64,000 bases of DNA from Haliotis rufescens (GCF_023055435.1 NW_025963891.1:11780001-11844000), one strand, 5' to 3'. Shown: positions 50,471-63,405, counted from the stretch's first letter. Numbers and translations: made by a program. The notes: a model not told the origin generated them from the letters alone.

Positions 50471-51138
50471 AGTTAGAAGTGATTCACATAAGGAAGAGAA
50501 TATATGGATGTCAACTTCTTTATTATGAGGATCACAACGTTTCACACTTGAGTAATCATAGTTAAGTAATAGGTAAAGGACAATGGGCAAATGGGGTTGG
50601 TGGTAATTAGCACTGATAGATGTAAGCATGGACATAGCCTATTCTTACACCAATCAGTGCTAATACTATATATTCTCTTCCTTATCAGATATTGTGTTCA
50701 GTGCCAATTATAACAACATAACGTTGCACATGTACTTCGAATTTGATTCGTGTAATAAATATATCCCGGACAAATGGATATTTGTCCACTTTTGTGTAAA
50801 TGTACTCAAGTGAGCAAACATCCCACTTTGCTGTCACGCGATGACTGGATGTCTGCAGAGATCCAGCAATGTGATATTAGTAAACACTGTGACATAACAT
50901 GAGAAAACGTTCACTACCATTTGTATGTCAAGTATTATTTATTTTGTGCAAATATCCTTTTGCATGACCGCGTTTGTTCATGCAAACTTATTTCAGGAGC
51001 CTCTATTAAACACATATACAAATGGAAACTATGTACGAAGTTCCCTGTCAAATAATAATTCTAGTTGTACATTTCTAACGTATGTTTATGACATACTGTG
51101 AGTGAGATGAGCTCTGCTTGAACAGCATTGTATGTAAA

Positions 51139-53247
51139 CCACAATGTCTAAGCTTACCCCTGAATTAAATTCCCACAATGTCTAAGCTTACCCCGAATTA
51201 AATTCCCACAATGTCTAAGCTTACCCCTGAATTAAATTCCCACAATGTCTAAGCTTACCCCTGAATTGAATTCCCACAATGTCTAAGCTTACCCCTGAAT
51301 TAAATTCCCACAATGTCTAAGCTTACCCCTGAATTAAATTCCCACAATGTCTAAGCTTACCCCTGAATTAAATTCCCACAATGTCTAAGCTTACCCCTGA
51401 ATTGAATTCCCACAATGTCTAAACTTACCCCTGAATTGAATTCCCACAATGTCTAAGCTTACCCCTGAATTGAATTCCCACAATGTCTAAGCTTACCCCT
51501 GAATTAAATTCCCACAATGTCTAAGCTTACCCCTGAATTAAATTCCCACAATGTCTAAGCTTACCCCTGAATTAAATTCCCACAATGTCTAAGCTTACCC
51601 CTGAATTAAATTCCCACAATGTCTAAGCTTACCCCTGAATTAAATTCCCACAATGTCTAAGCTTACCCCTGAATTAAATTCCCACAATGTCTAAGCTTAC
51701 CCCTGAATTAAATTCCCACAATGTCTAAGCTTACCCCTGAATTAAATTCCCACAATGTCTAAGCTTACCCCTGAATTAAATTCCCACAATGTCTAAGCTT
51801 ACCCCTGAATTAAATTCCCACAATGTCTAAGCTTACCCCTGAATTAAATTCCCACAATGTCTAAGCTTACCCGTGAATTGAATTCCCACAATGTCTAAGC
51901 TTACCCCTGAATTAAATTCCCACAATGTCTAAGCTTACCCCTGAATTAAATTCCCACAATGTCTAAGCTTACCCCTGAATTGAATTCCCACAATGTCTAA
52001 GCTTACCCCTGAATTGAATTCCCACAATGTCTAAGCTTACCCCTGAATTAAATTCCCACAATGTCTAAGCTTACCCCTGAATTAAATTCCCACAATGTCT
52101 AAGCTTACCCCTGAATTAAATTCCCACAATGTCTAAGCTTACCCCTGAATTAAATTCCCACAATGTCTAAGCTTACCCCTGAATTAAATTCCCACAATGT
52201 CTAAGCTTACCCCTGAATTAAATTCCCACAATGTCTAAGCTTACCCCTGAATTAAATTCCCACAATGTCTAAGCTTACCCCTGAATTAAATTCCCACAAT
52301 GTCTAAGCTTACCCCTGAATTAAATTCCCACAATGTCTAAGCTTACCCGTGAATTGAATTCCCACAATGTCTAAGCTTACCCCTGAATTAAATTCCCACA
52401 ATGTCTAAGCTTACCCCTGAATTAAATTCCCACAATGTCTAAGCTTACCCCTGAATTGAATTCCCACAATGTCTAAGCTTACCCCTGAATTAAATTCCCA
52501 CAATGTCTAAGCTTACCCCTGAATTAAATTCCCACAATGTCTAAGCTTACCCCTGAATTAAATTCCCACAATGTCTAAGCTTACCCCTGAATTAAATTCC
52601 CACAATGTCTAAGCTTACCCCTGAATTAAATTCCCACAATGTCTAAGCTTACCCCTGAATTAAATTCCCACAATGTCTAAGCTTACCCGTGAATTGAATT
52701 CCCACAATGTCTAAGCTTACCCCTGAATTAAATTCCCACAATGTCTAAGCTTACCCCTGAATTAAATTCCCACAATGTCTAAGCTTACCCCTGAATTGAA
52801 TTCCCACAATGTCTAAGCTTACCCCTGAATTGAATTCCCACAATGTCTAAGCTTACCCCTGAATTAAATTCCCACAATGTCTAAGCTTACCCCTGAATTA
52901 AATTCCCACAATGTCTAAGCTTACCCCTGAATTAAATTCCCACAATGTCTAAGCTTACCCCTGAATTAAATTCCCACAATGTCTAAGCTTACCCCTGAAT
53001 TAAATTCCCACAATGTCTAAGCTTACCCCTGAATTAAATTCCCACAATGTCTAAGCTTACCCCTGAATTAAATTCCCACAATGTCTAAGCTTACCCCTGA
53101 ATTAAATTCCCACAATGTCTAAGCTTACCCCTGAATTAAATTCCCACAATGTCTAAGCTTACCCCTGAATTGAATTCCCACAATGTCTAAGCTTACCCCT
53201 GAATTGAATTCCCACAATGTCTAAGCTTACCCCTGAATTGAATTCCC
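51139..53247. repeat. 34-bp satellite, about 62 copies, in GST1 intron 1
   Basis: Unit CACAATGTCTAAGCTTACCCCTGAATT(A/G)AATTCC; 1020 bp equals 30 units. Confidence 0.98.
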
Positions 53248-53994
53248 ATGGGCGAGAATATTTTCCTTTTGCACAAAACTCATGCTTTTGTTTTGCAAAT
53301 ACATAACGGTGTGTCTACAAGTATCATGACACATAACTCAATACATTTTAACTTAATTCGACAAATATTTGGCGTGAGTCAAATATTTCGTCCGCAAATT
53401 AGTTGAATTAACAATTGCAAAACAAAAAACAAGAGTTTTGAGCAAAGGAAATCATTCGGGGCAGGCCCAGGGGCGACATAAATGTTTGAAAGTTAAAGTT
53501 TTTGAAACGTTTTTTTCTTATTTAATCTTCCTTGGTATATAACCATGAAGACAGCACATTTTTGTAAATACCTTTTACCGAGATCGGCCACAGAATTCGG
53601 AGGTTGTGGACAAATGGGATTCCAGAATTAATATGGGACGTGTTAAAGAAACCTATGATTTGTCAAACCTTATGCAGACAAGGCTTCAACAGTTCGGTGG
53701 TAGGGCGTAGGGTATAAGGCACAGCAATTCGTGTGTAGAATGGCCTTCCTTGCTAGTATTCGGTTAGTGGAGGGTTCGAATACTAGATTCAGTGTCGTTG
53801 TGCTCGCTGGTTTAGTCAGAAGCATACTCGCGAATGTGGTTTTCAAGAAAAGATAAACGGCTGCGGTTTTGCGTTACTTTTGGTCACCCACAACACCCAA
53901 CTTCCCACCTCATTCATTAGCCAGATGCGCTGTGGGGAAACCAAACTTCTGTAAAGCCCAATTCCCTCACTAGTTATATTGTGACATATTTCAG

Positions 53995-54053
53995 ATAAAC
54001 CCAGATCAAACCAACCCAACAATTATAGATGGACACTTCACGCTGTGGGAAAG
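53995..54053 (+). CDS. GST1 exon 2
   Basis: 59 nt; INPDQTNPTIIDGHFTLWES; TTTCAG acceptor and GTAAGG donor. Confidence 0.95.
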
Positions 54054-54370
54054 GTAAGGCGCACAACAGTGGACCGCCCAACCTTTCACCTGTACAAGTA
54101 TCCACTCTAGTGGTAATGGTAACTCATAAAGCAGCCTTCGTGCTAAAGCTATTGCAAGTATTGTCTGTGGTATTATGACATTCGTAACTCTAAGATTGGT
54201 TTGTCGAGTTGACTCTGTGCTCCGAGGATGCATACTGAAATACTCCGTACAATGACTAATCTACAGTAATGTACTTTAGCTTACAAGTAGTCCTTCATTC
54301 ATTACTATATACATTATGGTTTTTTTTACGATATTGTAACTCTCATCACTTGACACAATTGTATCCACAG

Positions 54371-54515
54371 CCGCGCCATCATGCGCTACCTGGTGGGGAA
54401 GTTTGGGGGTGAGGACAACAGCCTGTACCCCCGGGACCTTCAGAAGAGGGCAGAGGTGGATCGACTCCTGGACTATGATCTGGGGGTCTTCCGCAGAGCC
54501 ATGTGGGACAATTTG
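54371..54515 (+). CDS. GST1 exon 3
   Basis: 145 nt; RAIMRYLVGKFGGEDNSLYPRDLQKRAEVDRLLDYDLG. Confidence 0.95.
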
Positions 54516-54738
54516 GTAAATTATGTGTAATTTTGCAATCACTTTATCATTTCACATTCCCTTACTTATCAACCCCCCTCACCATACTGAGAGACACTTA
54601 TAGTCCATCACATCGGGATTACGGAGAATAACCCATACGAAGTCGGGTCACTGTGGAACAGAAGACCATGTACTCAAACAAAAGAACACGTCCTTTATAC
54701 ATGGGAACTCTGTCATGTAATTACCTTTCTCATTTCAG

Positions 54739-55053
54739 ATGCTTCCCTTAAGAAGCAGAACAAGCCTTAAGACGACCAAACAACAAGACGAGAATGTCAT
54801 GAAGGCTTTTGGGCGTATTGATACACTGGTCAAGGATAAGAAGTTCCTCACCGGAAATACCCTCACCATTGCCGACTTTGCGGTGGTAGTTGGGTTTGCA
54901 GCTGAAGTCATCTATCCAGGGGATATGTCGAAGCACCCCAATGCCATGGCTTGGTACAAAAGAATGCAGGAATTACCATACTACCAAGAAGTGAATCAGC
55001 CGTTTTATGACTTAGTGGAAAAAATGAAGAATTCAGTGGCTGAAAATTCCTAG
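54739..55053 (+). CDS. GST1 exon 4 (total 220 aa)
   Basis: FLTGNTLTIADF N-capping box and HPNAMAWYKRM; TAG stop. Confidence 0.95.
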   Translation: MLPLRSRTSLKTTKQQDENVMKAFGRIDTLVKDKKFLTGNTLTIADFAVVVGFAAEVIYPGDMSKHPNAMAWYKRMQELPYYQEVNQPFYDLVEKMKNSVAENS

Positions 55054-56581
55054 CATGTTAATGGTACAGTATTATGTGCAAATCCATTGAAGTTTACTGA
55101 TGATGACATAAGATAATGATTAACAATACAGTAGAAGAATTACATCTTGTGTCAGTAATTAAATCATTCATCTACATAAAGCAAGGATGTGCTCTCAGTA
55201 TCTGCTCTATCCAATGTTAGTGGCCCAACTGCTCATAAACCAACAGTAATCTTCGGAGTAAATACTGGATGACAGGTCAAGCAAACGCGTCCCCTGATAT
55301 ATATGTTCCCGTTATCTTCCAAGCAGTATATATTTCAGAGACATTGTGTAATATCTTTATTCCTATGTATACACTACTGTTTATTAGCAAGACTACCATA
55401 AAATCACAGCCTTACATGCATGTCATATTTCTGCTTACTATATATTTCCATGTAATATAGGCATTATTTACATATCATTCTATTTTTGTCATAAAACTCA
55501 TTTTCCGGAAAGGTTCGTTTCGCAGCCCATTCTTTAAAGAATTTAGTCAGTAGCCTCATTTTGGCTATTTCCGGTTATGCAAGTAAATGGCGACAGTTTT
55601 TCGCATTGCAATCATAAATTATATCATCTTTTCTCTAAATTGTCCGACGTGTAACGATGTCGAACAACATTGATTTTGTATAAAATGAGATTTATAGTAA
55701 TCATTGGAATTATACTGCATTAAGAAGCCATCGTTTAACTCAGACTGTCAACTTGCAGAAGCCTCAAACGTAACAACAAATGTCAGAACTGTTGCTATTT
55801 TAAATATAAAACGACAAAGACAGAGAATAACCAGTTTCGATTATCTGATTCTAATTGGGGTGAAAGGCAAAAAAGAAAACAAAAACAGGGTTGTAAATTG
55901 TTTGGATGAATCTGATACAAATTACTGAATTTTTCTGTTATGACTTATATCAACAAAAATGCACAGAGTTGCGTCGCTTACGTGTTGAAGAAATCAAGAA
56001 CAGCGTGTTCGAATTCCTGCTCGTCCGCATTATGATTTATCAGAACCATACCCATGCTCGCGGGTTTTGCCAAAGCGGTAAATATCTGTAGCTAAGACCT
56101 ACTAACATAGAGTTGTCTCATTAAGCAGGCCGTGATAAAGCTGAAATAATGACTGTCCAAACTCACCCAATGTGTCGAGCACAGTTTGGATGAGATCACA
56201 GAGGTTATTTCACCTATATATTGACTCTTTACAATAATGTAAGTTTCTTTTTTATGTAGAGACATGGCGTGATACTATGCATTGACCCACTGAATAGAGC
56301 TATATATAAGACGTTTATTGCTAATAAATGTTAACGATTAGATATTTCGCTTGAGTGAGACGAGAGACAGTATCGTCTGCTCGCGAGCTGGGCCGTAGGA
56401 GTTATAACGTGCACAAAACAAGGCCAAATAGCATTGAAATTCATCGATTAAAGTCTTGACTGATATGCAATGCTCACCTCGCCCGACCTGTTTGCACAGC
56501 CGATAACCCGGGTGTTGACACATCGCTTTCACAATCCCGAACGTTCTCATAAATAGACAGCGTGTTTAGCGTGGAGCTAAG

Positions 56582-56725
56582 ATGGCGAACATTCAGTTAT
56601 ATCACTTTCCGGGAAGCCCGCCATGCCGTTCTGTCCTCATGACAGCCAAGGCCCTTGGTGTACCACTCGAGCTGAAACCACTCAGCTCCCTCAACAAAGA
56701 TCATCTTAGCCCCGAGTTTTTAAAG
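56582..56725 (+). CDS. Glutathione S-transferase 2, exon 1
   Basis: MANIQLYHFPGSPPCRSVLMTAKALGV...EFLK, then GTGAGT donor. Confidence 0.95.
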
Positions 56726-57897
56726 GTGAGTACCCCACAGACACCCGGATTAGAATAGGTCCCCTGTACCCGTCTGCTGGTCGTTAGAAAAAACTAAATG
56801 GGATGGGGCGGTCACGCTCTCAATCAAATTATCAGTCCTTGTTCGTAACAGTCTTGGGAATCATTCATGCCATACAGTCCCTTTCCTTGCATTGTCACAC
56901 TACATGTATTCCAAGGAAGAACGGGTCCCCAATGTACCATGACGTACTGACACAGGACCAAGTGGCCAGATGTCATGCCCCGATGGCGTCAATCGTTCAT
57001 GTTTTCAGTCGCTGGTTTGTCTGACCATCCCGTGATACAGCTGAAATGATACTGCGGCGGTAGACAACATTACCTTTTTTACTTCAGTCACACCGATGAG
57101 TGTAAACTGATCTAACCCTATAGGAATATATTGCGAGAGAAGCTGCTGAAAATACCTTACTGAACTTTCTTATTCAAGAAGTTCTATTAAGCATGCATCT
57201 ATAGAATGGGTCTGCTACTAACACGCCCCATCACTACGCCTTCCTCAAATTAAATATATTTTGCATGGAGCATAAAATACGTTGATAAAGTGAAAATTTT
57301 CTGTCCTGGTATCATCACGATTTGATAAAAAACCCAAAACAACCCACATGCTTATGATAAAGTCGGAATCGTACGTACACAATCGCTTTTGGTAGAGATT
57401 TCTAATGAGTATTGAAAGGCTTTTATCGCTTGTATTAAGGTCCTGGGTGCAATTTGACATTTGCATGCATGTTAAATCTTGCGAATATCAGTTCGTCAAC
57501 AGTCATCGTGAACAGCATACTTCTTTTTCCAAAGAGGCAAAGGGAATATTCAATACTACTTGTGTACAGGTCTTGAAAATAGAATATGGATGGGGGACAG
57601 ATCTCGTCATTAGTGGAAACTTTCGTCAAACGAAATGTCTAAAGGAACTTTTCTATGTGAAGGACTTAGTCCCCCGTTGCCGTCACTCGATGTGGATATC
57701 TATAGAGATGATGCAATAATGTGATATTTGTGGACTTGATGACATCTGGCACATAAGCAAACATTCATCCTGTTTGCACTACCATATTTGTAAAACAAGA
57801 CCAGTAATACTTTTACATGACCTCTAAGTAAATTAATTCGTGATTATAATTACCCACATGCGTAAAAGTCTGAATGTGAATAAGGTTTTAAGTTTGG

Positions 57898-58050
57898 ATG
57901 AGTGAGTGAGTTTCATTTTACGCGCTTTTAGCAATATTCCAGCAATATCACGGCGGGGATCACCAGAAATTGGCTTTACACATTGTACCCAGGTCGGGAA
58001 TCGAACCCGGGTCTTCGGCGTGAAGAGTGAACGCTTTAATTACTGGGCGA
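57898..58050 (-). mobile_element. tRNA-derived SINE (family 1)
   Basis: Reverse-complement family match. Confidence 0.87.
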
Positions 58051-59139
58051 GTATCAATGGACTATTTTGTAAAACCAATAAAACTTCGTCAACTCGAACT
58101 CTATGCTCTGGGAATACGTATGAAGACGATGTTTGTGATGACCTCGGGACGCTTATCATTGGCAGAAAGTCTACTGGCGGCACCCTGTTAGTCTCCAACT
58201 ATTGGTAACACGTTTAACACACGCCCCAGGCGGGGCATTCGAACTGACGCCCCACGTTCCACTGCAATTCGAAATCATCCTACCATTCAATCAGTATGTC
58301 GACTGCAATTAAAGATTTGATCGTCATTTTATATATCTTTGAACATGGTCTTTTACAGGATATATTCCAGGGTAATGACACATATAGAGGTGTTGCGACA
58401 GCGAAGTCGAATACTGTCGAGTCACACGTTGACTTTTTTGTGGCAAATAGCAACGGTAGCGATAACCCAGATATTGGGTCGGGGGTGAGTTTAGTCTTGT
58501 CCTTGCTTACATAAAACTGTGAAAAGATAACGGGTTTGACACATAACAACCGTGCTAACCTCCCGTAGCCCCTTTGTCAGCACTCGGTGGACTTTGATAC
58601 ACGTTCTTGTTAGGTTATAGCTTAAGACTATGCTTGTGATGTATGATCTGTATTTCATATTGTATTCAATAACTGCACGAGGGTAGAAGCATCTAGCATC
58701 AGTAACAGTCAAAATAACTGTCCTTGTTATCAACGGCAGTGAAACCATTCATGTCACACCACAGTAATGTTCACACATACATAGGTAAAATGCTATCTGC
58801 AGTAACGAACTTTCAAAGGATTGTGACCTGGCAACACGATAATAGTAATCAACAAGTTGATGATTAGGCCGCAGTCAATACGAAAGCTTGTAAATACTCT
58901 ACTCCTCGACAGGCAAACCAGAGGCTAACAGCATGAGCACGCTGTCCGCATATGATGACAGACACAAACGCCATATCATTCATTGTCACCATCTAGTCAT
59001 CAGTTTAGTTGGCTATAAGGACGTGTATGGCTAGATTGGGACCTATTCTGACTAGATTCCTTACTGGGTCGGTATTCATTCAACTCTCCTATACAGTGTG
59101 TCCAGTAGTACATTTCCAAATTATCTTACATTGTAAATG

Positions 59140-59370
59140 GGTAGAGTAGGTCTTCAGCAACACATGCTTGCCGTAAAAGGGGACTAAAGGGGTCGGGTGG
59201 TCAGACTCGCTGACTTGGTTGATGCATGTCATCGTATCCCAATTGCATGGATCGATGTTCATGATGTGTCACTGGATTGTCTGGTCCAGACCGCCTTCAT
59301 ATAGGTGGAACATTGCTGAGTGCGGCGTTTAACAACAAATAAACAAATAAACAAACAAACAAACAAACAA
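59140..59370 (+). mobile_element. Family-2 retroposon
   Basis: Family match with (AAAC)n tail. Confidence 0.87.
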
Positions 59371-59597
59371 AGTTAATGGTATACAATGAGTGAGTGTAAC
59401 GCTGCTTTAACATAATTTCAGTCAAATGACGTTTTAGCTAAATGTGGCAGTGACTGACATACTAGAATGTCTACTCCTGAATTTAGTTCCAGGTGTTACT
59501 ATCAAAAGCCATTTATGTGTTATCTGACTGATAGTTTGAAGCATACGTATCATTGGTCAAACAACTTTTTTTGTCAGAACCATGTCCGTAAATGTGG

Positions 59598-59743
59598 GGG
59601 GGCGGTCGGGTAGCCTAGTGGTTAAAGCGTTCGCTTCCCGACATGGGTACAATGTGTGATGCCCATTTCTGGTGTCCCCCGCCGTGATATTGCTGGAATA
59701 TTGCTAAAAGCGGCGTAAAACCATACTCACTCACTCACTCACT
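59598..59743 (+). mobile_element. tRNA-derived SINE (family 1), B-box deleted, TSD TAAATGTGG
   Basis: Family match and flanking direct repeat. Confidence 0.88.
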
Positions 59744-59858
59744 TAAATGTGGTTTTAACAAAGGGTTGAGCGTCCGTGTCCTGCGCCTCTTTAGGCTTTC
59801 CTCAACATTGAATGTGGCGTGCTGTGATGTAACCAAAATACTGTCATATTTATTTCAG

Positions 59859-59917
59859 ATAAACCCGGATCACACTACCCCAACAATTGTAGATGGAGAC
59901 TTCACCCTGTGGGAGAG
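59859..59917 (+). CDS. GST2 exon 2
   Basis: 59 nt; INPDHTTPTIVDGDFTLWES. Confidence 0.95.
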
Positions 59918-60739
59918 GTGAGGTCACAAAACTGTGTATTTCCTAAGTCAAGGCAAAGCAGATTTTCCGTCCATCCCTCTTCTGTAACAATCATCCACTG
60001 ATTGAAATGGACCGCAATAATTTACAATGACTGGAACACTCGGTCTATCTTCGGCACACTTAACGACGACTGAAACACTATTTACATCCTACCACTAGAA
60101 CCTATTCTTGCATTGATCTGTCACGTGAAGATTTAAATGGTTGGCATGCAAAAAATCATAAATGTAAATCATGGTCTGATATCGACTGCAACAACTCAAT
60201 CTTCATAACGCAGTTATGATCCTGAGGGTTCTAAAACTATTTTTTCTTTCTGAATTAAAAAATAACCTTGGAAAGCTCATGTCACTGCAACATTGTTCAT
60301 CATTATTCATAGCTGAAATCATATTTAGAAACAATTTATAACATTGTTGATGACGTAATGCCATCTGTTATGTAAAGGAGAATGTCGGAAATCTATTTTC
60401 GCACGTGAAGTTTGTTCGAGGCCGTTAGGCGAAAATAATCGCGGGATTGAGGACTTTCTCCTGCTTAAAACAAAGTTCGATCAAGTTAATGTCCCAAACT
60501 AATCTTCAAGTGATGTTCACTATACTATGCTATACTATGGGAGGGTGACCGCTCTTGTTTAACTATGGGAGGGGAACCTTTCAAGGAAAACCATGGGACG
60601 ATTTAGTACCCATACTCAAACTATTGGAGTGTTAGCAAAATCTATCCAACTGTCATTAAAGTTCACGTAACTTTGTTTCAACCCTATATCAAATCATGTG
60701 ATCATGATCTTGTGAAAACTGTCATATGTCACTGACTAG

Positions 60740-61095
60740 CTACTTGGTTCATGCATGTCCCATTTGCGAAGATCGTTGCCCATGATGTCAATCAGAGAAT
60801 TGTCTGGTACAGACTAGGTTATTTAAAGACATCCGTCATGTAGCTGGAATATGTAGTGCAGCGACAACCAACAAGGTTTACAGCAACCCACGCTTGTCGT
60901 AAAATGCGAATATTCTTGTCGTAAGAGGAGACTAACAGGATCGGGTGGTCAGGCTCGCTGACTTAGTTGATGCATGTCATCGTATCCCAAATAGGTAGAT
61001 CGATGCTCATGATGTCTGTCCAGACTCGATTATTTGCAGACCGCCGCCATATAGCTGGAATATTGCTGAGTGCGGCGTTAAACAACAAACAGACA
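60740..61095 (+). mobile_element. Two adjacent truncated family-2 retroposons
   Basis: An old copy (60740-60875) followed by a younger copy (60880-61095). Confidence 0.8.
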
Positions 61096-61703
61096 GAAAA
61101 CCCAAAAAACTTTCGAGCCGTGTTTGTAAAATCATGGAATGCATGGGCAAAAGACAATTAGATTGATACTTGGAAAGCTATAACCTCAGTAGGATCACTA
61201 CAGTCTTCGTGTGTAGTACGGCACAATGTGTAGACCTAGACTTGTAAATGGACCTCCACGGTATCGGGGTCTTTATACTCAATGTACTTCTCCACATTCA
61301 TTCTGGAAAATTGGTCCCAGGGCTATGTGTGCGGGATCTCACAGTGTATCACATCGCTTACTAGCTGTTGGGACTTGGAAAGCAATAATCTAAGTAGTAA
61401 CACGGATACTCACTGTCTCTGTGTGAAGCGGAACAAAATGGAGTAGACATCTGTGTAGACATTCCACCTACACACCATCATCCTAGTGGACTTAGTGGCA
61501 CCCATGTACTCCATGTAGTTATATATATATAATAGGAATATTTGAATTACTGATAAAGACTCTTATTGTTAACAACAGAGACATCACCTGTTATTATATT
61601 TCCAACAGGGTGGTGGCACTACGATGAGTCTTGGAAGCCAAATGTAGTGCAAGTACACGTCCATGCATTCCACGTTCTGCAACATGTTCCCGTGAACAAC
61701 TTG

Positions 61704-61850
61704 GAGTGAGTGAGTGAGTGAGGTTATACGCCGCTTTTAGTAATATACCAGCAATATCACGGCGGGGGACACTTCAAATGGGCTTCACACATTGTACTCA
61801 TGTCGGGAATCTAACCAGGGTCTTCGGCGTGACGAGCTACGCGACCACCC
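61704..61850 (-). mobile_element. tRNA-derived SINE (family 1)
   Basis: Reverse-complement family match. Confidence 0.85.
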
Positions 61851-62277
61851 TGAACACCTTGGATGAATTGATGTTCGTATGGGAACTGTTAGTGCTTCCT
61901 GTTAGTGGTTCCTGAAATTTTATAAATTGTTGGGCATTTAGGGAAAATGATTTTTGTCTGAGATTGTTTGTGTGAGAAATTTACAGCATCGGTGTCCTTA
62001 TTGGCAAATTGCATATCTAGGTATCAGTGTATAATAGTCTTACGACTGCCACAGACTTGTTACGCAAATCATAGTTGGACAAAAGTGTATGGTGTATGGT
62101 ATTCAGGAGAGTCTCAAGGCCTCAAGGACGGTTTTTGAGTTGACCCTGTGGAAGAGGAGTTCTAACTCTGTGCAATGACTATTCTGCATTAATGAACTGC
62201 AGATGTGTCTTTTATTCCATTTTCATTATATTCGGTATGATGTTGTAACTAACCACTTGACGAAATTGTATCCTCAG

Positions 62278-62422
62278 CCGCGCCATCATGCGCTACCTGG
62301 TGGGGAAGTTTGGGGGTGAGGACAACAGCCTGTACTCCCGAGACCTTCAGAAGAGGGCAGAGGTGGACCGACTCCTGGACTACGATCTGGGGGTCTTCTA
62401 CAGAACCATGTTGGAGACTCTG
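62278..62422 (+). CDS. GST2 exon 3
   Basis: 145 nt; CTCAG acceptor and GTCAGT donor. Confidence 0.94.
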
Positions 62423-62704
62423 GTCAGTACAATGTAATATTGCAAGTTTTGGTAAATCACATGCAGTTCATTACTCTATCAACAAAGACTCTTATTGCAT
62501 GGTGGATCCCGTCCTGTAGAGCGTGTGAGAATTGAATTCTGTACCTTTAGGTAACAGCAGCCCAACACGCAGGCAGTCCTCTGTCAAGTAGTCTGCAGTA
62601 GATTTATCAGGATGGAAGTGTATAATGCGTAATCAAATGATCAATTAGTACCCCGTGTACTAACTCGTGAAAATCCGTATCATATGAGCACTTCCCCATT
62701 TCAG

Positions 62705-63013
62705 ATGCTGCCATTAAGAAACAAAACTAAGACGACAAAAGAACAAGATGAGAAGGTCATCAAGGCCTTCGAGCGGATTGATACACAGGTCAAAGATAAG
62801 AAGTTCCTCACCGGAAATACCCTCACCATTGCCGACTTTGCGGTGGTAGTTGGGTTTGCAGCTGAAGTCCTCTATCCAGGGGATATGTCCAAGTACCCAA
62901 ATGCCATGGCTTGGTACAAAAGAATGCAGGCATTACCATACTACAAAGAAGTGAATCAGCCATTTTTTGATTTAGTGGAAAACTTGAAGAAGCAAAGAGC
63001 TGAAACGTCGTAA
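62705..63013 (+). CDS. GST2 exon 4 (total 218 aa)
   Basis: Paralogous to 54739-55053; TAA stop. Confidence 0.95.
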   Translation: MLPLRNKTKTTKEQDEKVIKAFERIDTQVKDKKFLTGNTLTIADFAVVVGFAAEVLYPGDMSKYPNAMAWYKRMQALPYYKEVNQPFFDLVENLKKQRAETS

Positions 63014-63405
63014 GAAAATAACATAAAACATGAATATAAGCAAATCCATTTAAGTCTACTGCTTGAAACCAAAGAGACCCACAACAATAAGTCAGTAGGA
63101 GAGTTTAATATTATTATTATATATTTTCTGTATCTTCCCATCAGTATATATTTCAGAAACATTGTGAGATATCTGATATGCCGTGGAATATATTCAGTTT
63201 TACATTTTCAAGTCGACTATAAAATTATGAAACAAAAGGTAATGGCAACTGCATAGACTAAAAGCTTTATTGTTATTTGTCTTTTGTTGTGGTTTATGTT
63301 TTAAGGGATCCGCACTTGAGATACACCAGCCCCAATAATGGTCAACACGTGCCCGATAGGGTGCAAGTCGTTGATGGTACCGCTTCAGTGATTACATACA
63401 TGGCA

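Noticed and set aside
51139-53247. CRISPR array
   Set aside because: The 34-bp units are contiguous with no unique spacers, there are no cas genes, and the array lies in a eukaryotic intron.
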